From: an uncultured Gammaproteobacteria bacterium
GTDB lineage: Bacteria; Patescibacteriota; Patescibacteriia; UBA1558; 2-01-FULL-52-15
Direction: 5' to 3'
DNA length: 64,000 bases
Assembly (NCBI GenBank): GCA_964402565.1
Contig: CAYOCJ010000001.1
Span: 32,079-96,078 of the forward strand
The position numbers were made by a program, and so were the translations under genes. The notes beneath the pieces were generated by a model, which made no database searches, was not told the origin of the DNA, and saw only the letters and a list, made by a program, of their open reading frames with translations. Positions 54,682 through 64,000 of this stretch are shown in pieces. Numbering within the stretch: position 1 is the first letter of the stretch; every line of letters begins with the position of its first letter.

Positions 54682-55812
54682 ATGCGAAATATGAGCAAGG
54701 TAAATTGGAAAAATTTCAACTGGCCTGTCGGCGGCTTTATCATCATTTATCAGTCGCTTTTTTTAGTTAGTTTGCCCTTTTATTTCTACTTTTTCCGGCC
54801 GTCTCTTGCTTTGATCCTATGGTCTGTGCTCTTGCTCATGGTCACGGTCTCAAGCATTGGCGTCTATCATCGTTGCTACTCGCACAAAGGCTATAGCCTC
54901 AATAAATTGGCAGAGCCGTTTTTCTTGTTTTTTGCGACGGCAGCTTTTCAGGGAAGCGCGCTGTGGTGGTCGCATGATCACAGGAAACACCATCATTTTG
55001 TCGATACGGAAAATGACCCCTATGCTATCAACAAAGGATTTTGGCATGCCCATGTGCTGTGGCTGCTCGAACGTTCTGAACCGAAAGAAATGCAGCGCTA
55101 TGTGCCGGATCTGTTGAAGAATAAATTGCTCGTCTTTCAGCATAAGTATTATATTCAATTGGCTATTGCAACGAATGTGGTCCTGTGGCTTATCGGCGGT
55201 GCGATCTTGCACGACTATGTCGGAACGTTCATCATTGCATGGTGGGGGAGATTATTCATCTCGCACCATGTGACCTGGTTCATCAATTCGCTGGCGCATT
55301 ACTGGGGCGAGAGGACCTATTCGAAAGAGCATTCAGCTGTCGACAATTATATGATGGCGTTCTTTACAGGAGGCGAAGGATACCACAACTACCATCATAC
55401 GTTCCCGGCCGATTATCGGAACGGCATCCGGTGGTATCATTTCGATCCGAACAAGTGGCTCGTCTGGACCTTGAGCAAGGTCGGGCTTGCATCAGGCCTT
55501 TTGAAATATCCGGAGCATGCGATACAGGAAAAACTGCTTCTTGCTGACAAAAAGTTATTTCTTGATAAGTTGTCAGAACGCGCATATGCGCGCAAGGCAG
55601 AATTAGAAGAGAGCGTTCAAAACCTCGCTGTATCCATTCAGGAAAAATTGCATCACATGCGCGAACTTGCTGATCAGAAGCATGAGGCATTCAAATCACG
55701 CAGAAAAGAATTAGCAAAAGAGCTGCGCATCGTCCGGAAAAGCATTCGCGCAGAATGGCGGCAATGGCATGCGGTAGGCCGCACGATAGTTTATCCCCGC
55801 ATCGTACGATAA
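54682..55812 (+). CDS. membrane fatty-acid desaturase (acyl-CoA/acyl-lipid delta-9-like)
   Basis: Three His boxes: HRCYSH, HRKHHHF, HNYHHTF. Four TM segments. Start may be the internal MSKVNWK. Confidence 0.7.
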   Translation: MRNMSKVNWKNFNWPVGGFIIIYQSLFLVSLPFYFYFFRPSLALILWSVLLLMVTVSSIGVYHRCYSHKGYSLNKLAEPFFLFFATAAFQGSALWWSHDHRKHHHFVDTENDPYAINKGFWHAHVLWLLERSEPKEMQRYVPDLLKNKLLVFQHKYYIQLAIATNVVLWLIGGAILHDYVGTFIIAWWGRLFISHHVTWFINSLAHYWGERTYSKEHSAVDNYMMAFFTGGEGYHNYHHTFPADYRNGIRWYHFDPNKWLVWTLSKVGLASGLLKYPEHAIQEKLLLADKKLFLDKLSERAYARKAELEESVQNLAVSIQEKLHHMRELADQKHEAFKSRRKELAKELRIVRKSIRAEWRQWHAVGRTIVYPRIVR

Positions 55813-55816
55813 CACT

Positions 55817-56020
55817 ATGGGCATCTTACACGATCTAGAGCAGGCGATTGGTTTTACCGGAAGCGACTCTGATAGTTACCATGATTCTGGTTTGGATGAT
55901 ATTACACATGGGATCGTACATGGCATTAAAGATATTGCTCCTGCTGCGTTCACGCTAGGCATTTTGGTCGGCGGTTTGAAAATCATGAGCGACAGTCTTT
56001 CCGGGAAGAAAAAGCGATAA
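55817..56020 (+). CDS. hypothetical small protein (67 aa) with a C-terminal TM segment
   Basis: Immediately downstream of the desaturase. Followed by a terminator. Confidence 0.3.
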   Translation: MGILHDLEQAIGFTGSDSDSYHDSGLDDITHGIVHGIKDIAPAAFTLGILVGGLKIMSDSLSGKKKR

Positions 56021-56032
56021 TAGTTCGTATTC

Positions 56033-56058
56033 AAAAACTCGACTCGCGGCGAGTTTTT
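56033..56058. terminator. bidirectional terminator (aaaaactcg ... cgagttttt)
   Basis: 9-bp stem with an A-run and T-run on either side. Confidence 0.45.
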
Positions 56059-56131
56059 TGTTACGCCTGCATCGGTTTATCGTTTTTGGTAAAGTAAGAT
56101 ATACTATATGCATCATTAATGAAGACCATAT

Positions 56132-58432
56132 ATGCGCAATAGAATAGCAATATACTTTTATTCAATTTTCGCAGCGATCTTTGTGATCAGCTTCGGATAT
56201 TTCTTTTTGCAGCAGCATCTGACGCCTGCGCAGAATACAAATACGCCAGGCACTGTCATTCCCGGAAATACTACTATTCCTAATGAACCATCCGGGGGTA
56301 CGGCGCTCGCGAAGTTTAATAGCTACGACCAGTTCAAGAAGTTTTTGGCTGACAATATGACAACTGCCGGATATGGTTCAGGCCCGGTCATGCGAAATAT
56401 GATGGGAGAGGCAGCGCCAGGCGTTGCGCTTGATCTGCCAAAAGAGTTCGCCGGCTTTTCTGGCCAATCCGTATCACAGGGCACTGATACTTCGCAGGCG
56501 CCTGATTATTCGCAGACCAATGTACAGATCGCAGGCGTAGACGAAGCAGACATTATCAAGAGTGACGGAACGTATCTATACATTGTTTCGAGAAATCATG
56601 TGCACATTGTTGCCGCAACGCCAGCTGCTGATGCGAAGATCCTTAGTACATTGAATTTTGATGATTACCCCCAAGAAATATATATCAGCGACGATCATAC
56701 GCGGCTGGCCGTATATGGTTCGCAAAACCAGATCTATCCGATGGGCGCGAATATTAAAATGATGCCGATCCGTAATTCAGGCCAGACATTCTTCAAGGTC
56801 TATGACATCACTGACAAAACGCAGCCAAAAGAAATACGAAAACTGAGCTTCGAGGGTTATGCGACCGATTCCCGCATGGTCGGGAACTATGTCTACTTTA
56901 TAACATCCAAAAACCAATACGATTGGTATAACGGCCCGTTCCCGCTGCCGCGCATCATGGATAATGACAAGCTGGTTGGAGGCGAGCCTGATGCTGCAGG
57001 CTACCGCTTCCCTGACGTCTACTATTTCCCATTCCCGTACCAGAGTTCTAACTTAACGACCGTTTCGTCCATCAATATCATGGATCCGAGCGTCGAGCTG
57101 TCGACCCAGAATTATGTGCTCGAGAATGGACAGCAGCTCTTCGTATCACCTGATAATATTTACATTACCTATACGAAGAATTTAGATTCCCAGGAGATCG
57201 AATATGATGTAATGAAATCGGTCTTCACTGATAAACTTACTGCAGAGGAGCGTGCACACGTACAGGAGATCGAAGCAGCGCCTAATTATATTCTCACAAA
57301 ATACGAACGACAGTCGAAAGCACAGGCTATATTCCAGATGCATCTTATGGCGTTGAATGAAAATGATCAAAAAGCCCTTGAGACTCAATTTGAGACTGCG
57401 GTAAAACAAAAGTATGCGGAGCTTGCGGATCAATTCGAAGTTACGAACATCTATAAGATTGGATTTAAGGACGGCGTTCTGACCTATCGCGGCAATGCCA
57501 GCGTTCCCGGCAGCGTGATCAATCAATTCGCTATGGACGAATCGAATGGCTATTTCAGGATCGCTACGACAAAAAATCCGGTGTGGATCCCGTATGGTGA
57601 AAACGATCAAAATCAAAAACCGTATAATAATCTGTATGTCCTTGATCCGGATATGAAGCGCGTTGGCGCTGTCGAGCATTTGGCAGAGGGCGAGAGGATA
57701 TATTCTGTGCGTTTCATGCAGGGCAGGGCGTATATGGTCACCTTCCAGCAGGTCGATCCGCTCTTCGTGATCGATCTATCTGATCCTGCGGCACCGCGCG
57801 TATTAGGCGAATTGAAAGTACCGGGATATTCAAGTTATTTGCATCCTATGGATGATACGACGCTTATCGGGCTGGGCAAAGAAACTGAAACGAATCAGTT
57901 CGGCTCTACGGTTCCGAAGGGAGTTAAGATCTCAATTTTTGATGTAGCTGATGTGGCGCATCCGGTAGAAAAAGCGAGTTATAGCTTCAATACGAATTCA
58001 TCTGATTCTCCGGCGCTCTATGACCATAAAGCATTTTTGTTCTCAGGCAGCAAGAATTTGCTCGTGATACCCCTGCAAGTATGGTCAGCCGGCGGATCAG
58101 CGCCGAAAGGCTTGTCGGATAACTTCATGGGCGCAGCAGTATTTACTGTGACGAAGGATAGCATCGCTTTGAAAGGTTTTGTGAAGCATGCCAGCGAGGT
58201 TCAGAATGGCTATTCCTATGATCAATACGTACAGCGCAGTCTGTATATCGGAGACGTACTCTATACCTTGTCAGATGCGTATTTGAAAGCGAGCGGTCTT
58301 TCTGATCTTTCCGAGATCAAATCGATCGCATTCCCTGCTGAGGACATAAAGCCGGTTCCGATACCTCTTGATGCAGGTGCAGCGCCAGGTGCAACATCCG
58401 GCAGCGCTCCTGCGGCAAAACCCGCCCAATAA
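56132..58432 (+). CDS. secreted beta-propeller-domain protein (COG4880/PF09826-like), N-terminally membrane-anchored
   Basis: TM anchor, then GVDEADIIKSDGTYLYIV... and repeated beta-strand blades. 766 aa. Confidence 0.45.
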   Translation: MRNRIAIYFYSIFAAIFVISFGYFFLQQHLTPAQNTNTPGTVIPGNTTIPNEPSGGTALAKFNSYDQFKKFLADNMTTAGYGSGPVMRNMMGEAAPGVALDLPKEFAGFSGQSVSQGTDTSQAPDYSQTNVQIAGVDEADIIKSDGTYLYIVSRNHVHIVAATPAADAKILSTLNFDDYPQEIYISDDHTRLAVYGSQNQIYPMGANIKMMPIRNSGQTFFKVYDITDKTQPKEIRKLSFEGYATDSRMVGNYVYFITSKNQYDWYNGPFPLPRIMDNDKLVGGEPDAAGYRFPDVYYFPFPYQSSNLTTVSSINIMDPSVELSTQNYVLENGQQLFVSPDNIYITYTKNLDSQEIEYDVMKSVFTDKLTAEERAHVQEIEAAPNYILTKYERQSKAQAIFQMHLMALNENDQKALETQFETAVKQKYAELADQFEVTNIYKIGFKDGVLTYRGNASVPGSVINQFAMDESNGYFRIATTKNPVWIPYGENDQNQKPYNNLYVLDPDMKRVGAVEHLAEGERIYSVRFMQGRAYMVTFQQVDPLFVIDLSDPAAPRVLGELKVPGYSSYLHPMDDTTLIGLGKETETNQFGSTVPKGVKISIFDVADVAHPVEKASYSFNTNSSDSPALYDHKAFLFSGSKNLLVIPLQVWSAGGSAPKGLSDNFMGAAVFTVTKDSIALKGFVKHASEVQNGYSYDQYVQRSLYIGDVLYTLSDAYLKASGLSDLSEIKSIAFPAEDIKPVPIPLDAGAAPGATSGSAPAAKPAQ

Positions 58433-58727
58433 TCTTGCAAAAAACGTTTAAGCCTCCTTCAATGTTCTTGGGGAGGCTTTTAACGATTGATGAGCCAGCG
58501 AATGAACGCGACTTCAGCGATCTTGATGAGGATGAGAACGAGTATTGCTTTCCAGGTCAGAGACAAAATCCTGCGTACAACGTACTCCTTCGTTTTTTTC
58601 AGCATGATTTCCTCCTAAAGAACGTTCATGGTATAGACTACGGTATTTCGCCTGAGGTGTCGAGGGTTGCGCTCTTGCGAAAAGACAGGTAGTATGGTGC
58701 TCATGCTTTTCGTGGAGTGATTTTTTT

Positions 58728-58804
58728 CGGGGTGTGGCGCAGTTGGCTAGCGCGCAGCGTTCGGGACGCTGAGGTCGCCCGTTCAAGTCGGGTCACCCCG
58801 ACCA
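58728..58804 (+). tRNA. tRNA-Pro (anticodon CGG), encoded CCA
   Basis: CGGGGTG TG GCGC AGTTGGCTA GCGC G CAGCG TTCGGGA CGCTG AGGTC GCCCG TTCAAGT CGGGT CACCCCG A CCA. Confidence 0.8.
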
Positions 58805-58818
58805 CCAGTACTATCGTT

Positions 58819-59379
58819 ATGCAAAAAACCAAGAACGTAAATATTAAATTTTTAAAATCAGCTTTGACCGACCATATGGTCGGCGCCTGGTTCCGCAGCT
58901 CGCGTTTTGTCATCAATAAGATTTTACGGCAGCTGAAGCCCGGGTATCGGTATATCGTAGAGTACGGCGCTGGTGACGGCGTTATCACGCAGCAGCTTTT
59001 GAAGCAATTACCGAAGGACGGCAAGGTCATCGCTTTGGAGATCAATCAGCTATTACTCGCTGAATTGCGCACCATCAAAGACCCTCGTTTGATCGTCCTT
59101 GATGCAAGCGTCGTAGATATGTCGAAAGATTTTTCCAGACTCGGTTTGCCTCATATCGACGCCGTGATCTCAGGCATTCCATTTACTTTTTTCCCTCCGC
59201 CGGTCAGGAAAGAGATCATGCAGAATACCTATAACGGCCTGATCGAAGGCGGACGGTTCATTGTCTACCAGTATTCATTGCTCATGTTCCCTCACTTGAA
59301 GCGCGCTTTCCCGAAGCGCCATTTCGTCTATGAACCGCGCAATGTCCTACCGTATTTCATAATGGTAGGGGAGAAGTAA
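58819..59379 (+). CDS. class I SAM-dependent methyltransferase, PmtA-like
   Basis: VGAWFRSSRFV (VGA..PSS-like) and motif I VEYGAGDGVITQQLL. Confidence 0.5.
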   Translation: MQKTKNVNIKFLKSALTDHMVGAWFRSSRFVINKILRQLKPGYRYIVEYGAGDGVITQQLLKQLPKDGKVIALEINQLLLAELRTIKDPRLIVLDASVVDMSKDFSRLGLPHIDAVISGIPFTFFPPPVRKEIMQNTYNGLIEGGRFIVYQYSLLMFPHLKRAFPKRHFVYEPRNVLPYFIMVGEK

Positions 59380-59384
59380 GGCGC

Positions 59385-60416
59385 ATGGCGAATCTCGATA
59401 GCTACAATTTTGACTTTCCGAAAAAATTGATAGCTCAAAAACCGGCTCGTCCGCGCGATGCGGCTCGGCTGCTTGTTTTTGACCGGAGAACAAGAAAAAC
59501 AACATTCGCCTCATTTCGAGATCTACCGAGCTATATCCCAAAAGGCTCCGTTTTAGTTTTAAATGAGACAAAAGTAATCCCGGCACGATTATATCTCCGC
59601 AAGCCAACAGGCGGCATGGTAGAAGTATTGTATCTTTCAAGCACAAAAAAAAGCATCAAAACACTGGCAAATAAAAAATTACAGACTGGCATGCGCTTGT
59701 ATGTAACTAAGTCGTTATTTTTTACCGTGACCGGCAAGCGGGATTCTATATATTCGCTGAAGCCGTCGTTCGCATTAGCGCGTCTTGATGCGATGTTAAA
59801 AAAATTCGGCCATACGCCATTGCCGCCCTATATCAAGCACACGCCTCTTTCAGAAAGGAAATTACGGGAAGAGTATCAGGCAATTTTTGCAAAAGAGAAA
59901 GGATCAGTTGCAGCTCCTACTGCTTCTTTGCATTTCACGAAACGGCTGCTGAATGATCTCAAGAAGCGTGGCGTAGACATTGTATTTGTGACGTTGCATG
60001 TCGGCCTCGGAACATTTGCTTCGGTCACTGAAGAGCAGATCAAAACAAAAAAGCTACATGTCGAGCAGTATCATATCCCGCGCGCGACCGCAGCATTTTT
60101 ACATCAGGCTAAAAAATCAGGAAGACCGATCATCGCAGTTGGCACGACCGTTGTGCGGACACTGGAGTCGTCAGCTTCATCAAAGCAAAGCGGCTTTATC
60201 AGCCAACTCTCCGGCTCAACTGACCTTTTCATACAAGAAGGGTACCGATTCAAGGTCGTCGATGGCATGATCACAAATTTTCATGTACCCAAGTCGAGTT
60301 TACTGATGCTTGTTTCGGCCTTTGCCGGACGCGAGACTGTTTTGGGATTATACGATCGGGCAATTAAAAAAAATTTTCGATTATTTTCATTTGGCGATGG
60401 AATGTTTATTAGCTAA
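59385..60416 (+). CDS. queA: S-adenosylmethionine:tRNA ribosyltransferase-isomerase QueA
   Basis: LDSYNFDFPKKLIAQKPARPRDAARLLV...VLNETKVIPARL...TASLHFT...VTLHVGLGTF. Confidence 0.85.
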   Translation: MANLDSYNFDFPKKLIAQKPARPRDAARLLVFDRRTRKTTFASFRDLPSYIPKGSVLVLNETKVIPARLYLRKPTGGMVEVLYLSSTKKSIKTLANKKLQTGMRLYVTKSLFFTVTGKRDSIYSLKPSFALARLDAMLKKFGHTPLPPYIKHTPLSERKLREEYQAIFAKEKGSVAAPTASLHFTKRLLNDLKKRGVDIVFVTLHVGLGTFASVTEEQIKTKKLHVEQYHIPRATAAFLHQAKKSGRPIIAVGTTVVRTLESSASSKQSGFISQLSGSTDLFIQEGYRFKVVDGMITNFHVPKSSLLMLVSAFAGRETVLGLYDRAIKKNFRLFSFGDGMFIS

Positions 60417-60419
60417 AAA

Positions 60420-60700
60420 AACCAGGGTCGATACGCACACCTGATAGGCCTTCCGGCTTCAGTGTTCGCATCGACCCCTTTCAGCGCTCCGGTGCTTGCC
60501 TTTACTGCAGGTAGCCTGAAGGAGCGCCCTTCATTGTACTACAGGTTCAAGCTTCGCATGGTCCTCTAGGACCTCCTGCCGACTTTAGATCGGCGCTGGT
60601 TCGAGGGAACAACAGATGTTGCATTCAGCTTCAGGCCTATCAACAGGCTTTCCTGTTTCGCCGTAGGCACGCAATGCACAGAGCTGTTGATCACGCATGT
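60420..60700. other. GC-rich (~56%) highly structured non-coding spacer of about 280 bp; candidate structured RNA or decayed gene remnant
   Basis: No ORF of 60 aa or more on either strand. Multiple perfect or near-perfect hairpins (gggtcgat..atcgaccc; gcgctcc..ggagcgc; ggtcctctaggacc; aacaggctttcctgtt). Confidence 0.3.
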
Positions 60701-60728
60701 AGGCATTACAGTACGCTCTGCAAATTTT

Positions 60729-60758
60729 TTGTCAATCGGAAGTAAATACTGTTATACT
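60729..60758 (+). promoter_or_regulatory. sigma70-like promoter (TTGTCA-N17-TTATACT) ending about 8 nt before the ATG at 60766 (leaderless mRNA)
   Basis: ttgtca atcggaagtaaatactg ttatact ggggttt ATG. Confidence 0.4.
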
Positions 60759-60765
60759 GGGGTTT

Positions 60766-61449
60766 ATGCAATGCGTCATACTCGCAGCAGGAAAAGGAAC
60801 GCGGATGGGCGATTTGACGTCTACGTCGCCGAAACCGATGCTTTCTATCGCAGGGAAGCCTATTTTGGATTATAAAATTAGGAATCTCCCGGGTGAAATT
60901 ACCGAGGTAGTGCTGGTCGTTGGCTACAATCATGCGGTCGTGCGAGAATATTTTGGTGTGACATTTGCCGGTAAGAAGATAACATATATTCATCAAGAGG
61001 TGTTAAATGGTACTGGAGCAGCAGTGCACGCTGCACAACATGCTCTGCAAGAAAAGTTCATGGTTATCATGGGCGACGATCTGTATTTTCGAGATGATCT
61101 GACAGCGCTGATCAGACATGAACGTGCCTTGCTCGCATACCAATTGGATGTGGATGGGATTTTTGGCACGGTCAAAGTGGATGCAAAGCATCGTCTAAAA
61201 GATGTTATTGAGAGATCGGAGGCGCATCGCGGAGATCTGGTAAATACCGGGGCTTATATGCTGACAAAAGATTTTTTCAGGTTTCCTTTGGTCTCAGTGG
61301 GCAATAATGAGTTCGGTTTGCCTCAAACTATGGCGCTGATGGCAAAAAATCTTTCTATCGAAGTGGTTTTGGCATCACGATGGCTTCCGGTAACGAATCC
61401 CGCTGATCTGTCGAAAGCTGAAAGGTCATTCCATCTATTTTATACTTAA
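60766..61449 (+). CDS. sugar-phosphate nucleotidyltransferase (NTP_transferase domain)
   Basis: MQCVILAAGKGTRMGDLTSTSPKPMLSIAGKPILDY is the classic G-x-G-T-R glycine-rich loop. Confidence 0.7.
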   Translation: MQCVILAAGKGTRMGDLTSTSPKPMLSIAGKPILDYKIRNLPGEITEVVLVVGYNHAVVREYFGVTFAGKKITYIHQEVLNGTGAAVHAAQHALQEKFMVIMGDDLYFRDDLTALIRHERALLAYQLDVDGIFGTVKVDAKHRLKDVIERSEAHRGDLVNTGAYMLTKDFFRFPLVSVGNNEFGLPQTMALMAKNLSIEVVLASRWLPVTNPADLSKAERSFHLFYT

Positions 61450-61505
61450 AAGCATCACCGCTGAGCTTGTGCCGGCCACAATTCCGGACGTGATATACTA
61501 GGAAC

Positions 61506-62330
61506 ATGCAAAAAAAGCTGAGCGAGAAGCAAATTAATGATTTTCGCCGTACTGTTTACAGCCATTTTCGTAGACATGGACGCGATCTGCCATGGCGTCA
61601 TACGGAAGATCCCTACCAGATTTTAGTCTCTGAGATCATGCTTCAGCAAACGCAGGTAGATCGTACCATTCCTAAATTTAAAGAATTCATAAAGAAATTT
61701 CCAACCGTGCACTCACTAGCGCGGGCTTCAAAACAGCAGGTGCTCCAGGCATGGCAGGGCATGGGGTATAATCGGCGTGTACTGCATCTACAGGCTGCGG
61801 CTCAGGAAATACACTCGAAGTATAAAGGAAAAGTTCCGGATACGGTCGAAGCATTAGTCGCATTGCCTGGCATCGGGCCATACACTGCTCGCGCAATTCT
61901 TGCTTTTGCTTTTAATCAGCCAAATGTTTTGATCGAGACGAATGTACGGAGCCTGTATTTGCATCATTTTTTTCAAAATCGAAAAAAGGTTTCCGATGAG
62001 AGTCTGCTTCCGCTCATCGAACAAACACTGGATCGAAAGCATCCCCGGAAATGGTATTCAGCCTTGATGGACTACGGTTCGGATCTAAAAAAGAAGCAGC
62101 CTAATCCGTCGCGAAGAAGCAAACACCATGTGAAGCAGAGCAGGTTCGAAGGATCGGTCCGGCAGGCTCGCGGAGCTATTTTGCGAGAGCTGCTCAGTCA
62201 AAAAACTGTCTCTGAGATAAAGCTGCAACAAAAGACCAAGATCGAAAAAAAGAGGATTCGCCTGGCCCTGGAATCGCTCATGCATGACGAAATGATAGTG
62301 AAAAGGGGCGCATTCTTTCACCTGGCCTAA
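61506..62330 (+). CDS. HhH-GPD superfamily DNA glycosylase (MutY/EndoIII-like) lacking the C-terminal 4Fe-4S Cys cluster
   Basis: LPGIGPYTARAILAFAFNQPNVLIETNVRS shows the HhH motif plus catalytic Asp region. No C-x6-C-x2-C-x5-C motif. Confidence 0.6.
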   Translation: MQKKLSEKQINDFRRTVYSHFRRHGRDLPWRHTEDPYQILVSEIMLQQTQVDRTIPKFKEFIKKFPTVHSLARASKQQVLQAWQGMGYNRRVLHLQAAAQEIHSKYKGKVPDTVEALVALPGIGPYTARAILAFAFNQPNVLIETNVRSLYLHHFFQNRKKVSDESLLPLIEQTLDRKHPRKWYSALMDYGSDLKKKQPNPSRRSKHHVKQSRFEGSVRQARGAILRELLSQKTVSEIKLQQKTKIEKKRIRLALESLMHDEMIVKRGAFFHLA

Positions 62331-62441
62331 TGAAATATACGCACAATTTTGATGTATATATAGGATAGTGGCGAGATTTACTTGACGCTCAGATTTTAAA
62401 AAACTATACTAATACAACTAATTAAAAAGCTAACAATTCGT

Positions 62442-62945
62442 ATGAAAAATATGAAACGAGTATCGGTCCTGTTTTCAGTCTTAGCCGTTGCCTTGCTTAT
62501 CTCCGGATGCAAGCAACCTGCTCCAGCGCAACCAGACTCATCAAATATGAATGCTGATCAGCAGATGCAGCAAAATACCAACGATACGATGGATGAGAAT
62601 GCAAATATGCCGGCTCAGGATGACACTTCAGCAGCTCCGGCGCCAGCGCCAGCAGCAGCTCCACAGGGTCCGACCAAGACATTCAATGTCTCAATGGCGA
62701 ACTTCTCGTTCGACGTGAAGGAAATGAAGGTCAAGAAAGGCGATACTGTTACGGTTAATGTGAAGAACAATGAAGGGTTCCATGATTGGGTCATCGATGA
62801 CTTCAATACGCGGACCAAGCAGCTCAAGGCAGGTGAATCTGCAACAGTCACATTCGTAGCTGACAAGACCGGCACATTCGAATACTACTGCAGCGTCGGC
62901 CAGCACCGAAAGTTCGGCATGGTCGGTAAACTGATCGTTGAATAA
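62442..62945 (+). CDS. lipoprotein with a cupredoxin-like (type-1 copper) domain
   Basis: Lipobox LISGC. Ala/Pro linker. HDW...YYCSVGQH..FGMVGKL gives the His, Cys, His, Met ligand pattern. Confidence 0.55.
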   Translation: MKNMKRVSVLFSVLAVALLISGCKQPAPAQPDSSNMNADQQMQQNTNDTMDENANMPAQDDTSAAPAPAPAAAPQGPTKTFNVSMANFSFDVKEMKVKKGDTVTVNVKNNEGFHDWVIDDFNTRTKQLKAGESATVTFVADKTGTFEYYCSVGQHRKFGMVGKLIVE

Positions 62946-62954
62946 TTTCATCTT

Positions 62955-62985
62955 TCCGGCTTCCTGCATCCGCAGGAAGCCGGAA
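62955..62985 (+). terminator. perfect hairpin (ttccggcttcctgc atcc gcaggaagccggaa) after the cupredoxin gene
   Basis: 14-bp perfect stem; weak U-tract. Confidence 0.45.
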
Positions 62986-63036
62986 ATCAGTTTCATGACT
63001 CGCTAGGACAAGAATGATTGTCCTTTTTGTAAACCT

Positions 63037-63759
63037 ATGATCGACACCGGCATTATCGGCATCGGAATAGCGTTCAGCGCAGGGCTTGTTTCCTTTGTTG
63101 CACCCTGCATTTTACCTTTGATACCAGGCTTCCTTGCATATCTCGCGGGTACTTCAGTTGCAGGAGCAACTCAAAAAAGAAAGGATCTCTTCATCCACAG
63201 CTTGCTCTTCGTAGTAGGTTTTTCTTTTATTTTTTCTCTGCTCGGCGTTCTATTGAACACCGTTCTTCAAAATGTCGCCTATGGAGCGCAGGAATGGCTT
63301 TCGCGCATCGGTGGTTTGATCATCATTTTTTTCGGTTTGTATTTGACCGGCCTGGTACATATCGGATTGCTTGAAAAAACTCTTAAGATACAGGTCAAAG
63401 AAAAGAGCGGCCGTTCCCGATATATTACCTCGGTGCTTTTTGGCGCGGCATTTGCTGCGGGCTGGACGCCTTGCGTCGGCATCGCATTGGGTGCGATCTT
63501 AGGGTTAGCTGCTTCACAGCCAGGAACAGCATTTTATCTCCTGATGGCGTACTCAATTGGACTCGGCATCCCTTTTTTGATCGCTGGAATTTTTGCCGCA
63601 GAGCTGCAGAGAGTTCTGAAGCGGCTGGGTGATTTCGCTCACTATTTGAACATCGTATTTGGTGTTATACTGATCATATTGGGAATACTTATTTTCACGC
63701 AGAACCTCTCGAAGATCGCAAGCTGGGAGCTTCTGAACCAAATACTATTGTCTCGATAA
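63037..63759 (+). CDS. ccdA: cytochrome c biogenesis / thiol-disulfide transporter CcdA (DsbD-like)
   Basis: 6 TM segments, FVAPCILPLIPGFLAYLAG (first Cys) and AGWTPCVGIALG (second Cys). Confidence 0.8.
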   Translation: MIDTGIIGIGIAFSAGLVSFVAPCILPLIPGFLAYLAGTSVAGATQKRKDLFIHSLLFVVGFSFIFSLLGVLLNTVLQNVAYGAQEWLSRIGGLIIIFFGLYLTGLVHIGLLEKTLKIQVKEKSGRSRYITSVLFGAAFAAGWTPCVGIALGAILGLAASQPGTAFYLLMAYSIGLGIPFLIAGIFAAELQRVLKRLGDFAHYLNIVFGVILIILGILIFTQNLSKIASWELLNQILLSR

Positions 63760-63764
63760 TATAT

Positions 63765-64000
63765 GAACGAAAAGAACCGACTTATCTTGCTGGCCATAGT
63801 TGTTGCAGCTATCATTGGGGCGATCGTGTACTTGCAAAAACAACATGTGACACCAATCGGAAATGTAGCGGGGAGCCAGGACGCAGCAATTTCTCCAAAA
63901 AAAATATCTATGACCGCTGACGAGAAAGCAAAAAAATACGAAACAGCCAAGGAGATCAGTACGCCGGACGGCTTCATCAACACGGATAAGATCAGCATCG
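63765..64000 (+). CDS. membrane-anchored protein, 3' end outside window (possibly a thioredoxin-like CcdA partner)
   Basis: MNEKNRLILLAIVVAAIIGAIVYL... starts 6 nt after ccdA. Only 78 codons are visible, so the function is not determinable. Confidence 0.3.

Noticed and set aside
60420-60700. SRP (4.5S) RNA
   Set aside because: Only an 8-nt CCGGAAGG match on the reverse strand. The flanking GGTCAGGTCCGGAAGGAAGCAGCC consensus is not present.

Overview
This 64 kb window is bacterial chromosomal DNA, mostly ~45-52% GC, with three to four compositionally distinct patches. I recognise the following, all by motif-level inspection of the six-frame translations (no database search was possible):

- Positions 1-4050 hold an efflux operon: MarR, two HlyD-like adaptors and a DHA2-family MFS transporter.
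- Positions 4050-8370 form an AT-rich accessory island ending at tRNA-His. It carries four minus-strand cargo genes, each separated by copies of a mosaic repeat family of about 40-200 bp.
- Positions 8369-8898 hold tRNA-His(GUG), a GIY-YIG protein gene and tRNA-Arg(UCU).
- A suf Fe-S cluster operon (sufC, sufB, sufD, sufS, sufU, with a YhhQ-type queuosine-precursor transporter) is split between sufB and sufD. The split is caused by a ~5 kb high-GC (~60%) island of about 12 small plus-strand genes: two STAS-domain proteins, a zinc-ribbon protein, a GNAT, and small membrane or secreted proteins.
- The remainder is housekeeping:
  - rpsO, a NYN-domain protein and pnp.
  - A DksA/TraR-like protein with lspA, and yifB/comM.
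  - HU, a YmdB-like phosphoesterase, rny, clpP and nrnA.
  - exbB, then rbfA and infB.
  - tRNA-Ile(UAU), greA, and a MarR plus ABC-2 exporter.
  - A DEAD-box helicase and a membrane fatty-acid desaturase.
  - tRNA-Pro(CGG), a PmtA-like methyltransferase and queA.
  - A nucleotidyltransferase, a HhH-GPD glycosylase, a cupredoxin lipoprotein and ccdA.
- Non-coding signals include several sigma70-like promoters, three of which sit almost directly on the start codon (leaderless). There are numerous intrinsic terminators. One ~420-nt transcript lacks any ORF and is bounded by a promoter and a terminator. A 280-bp GC-rich structured spacer lies after queA.

Coordinates of non-CDS features were counted by hand and may be off by a few nucleotides.
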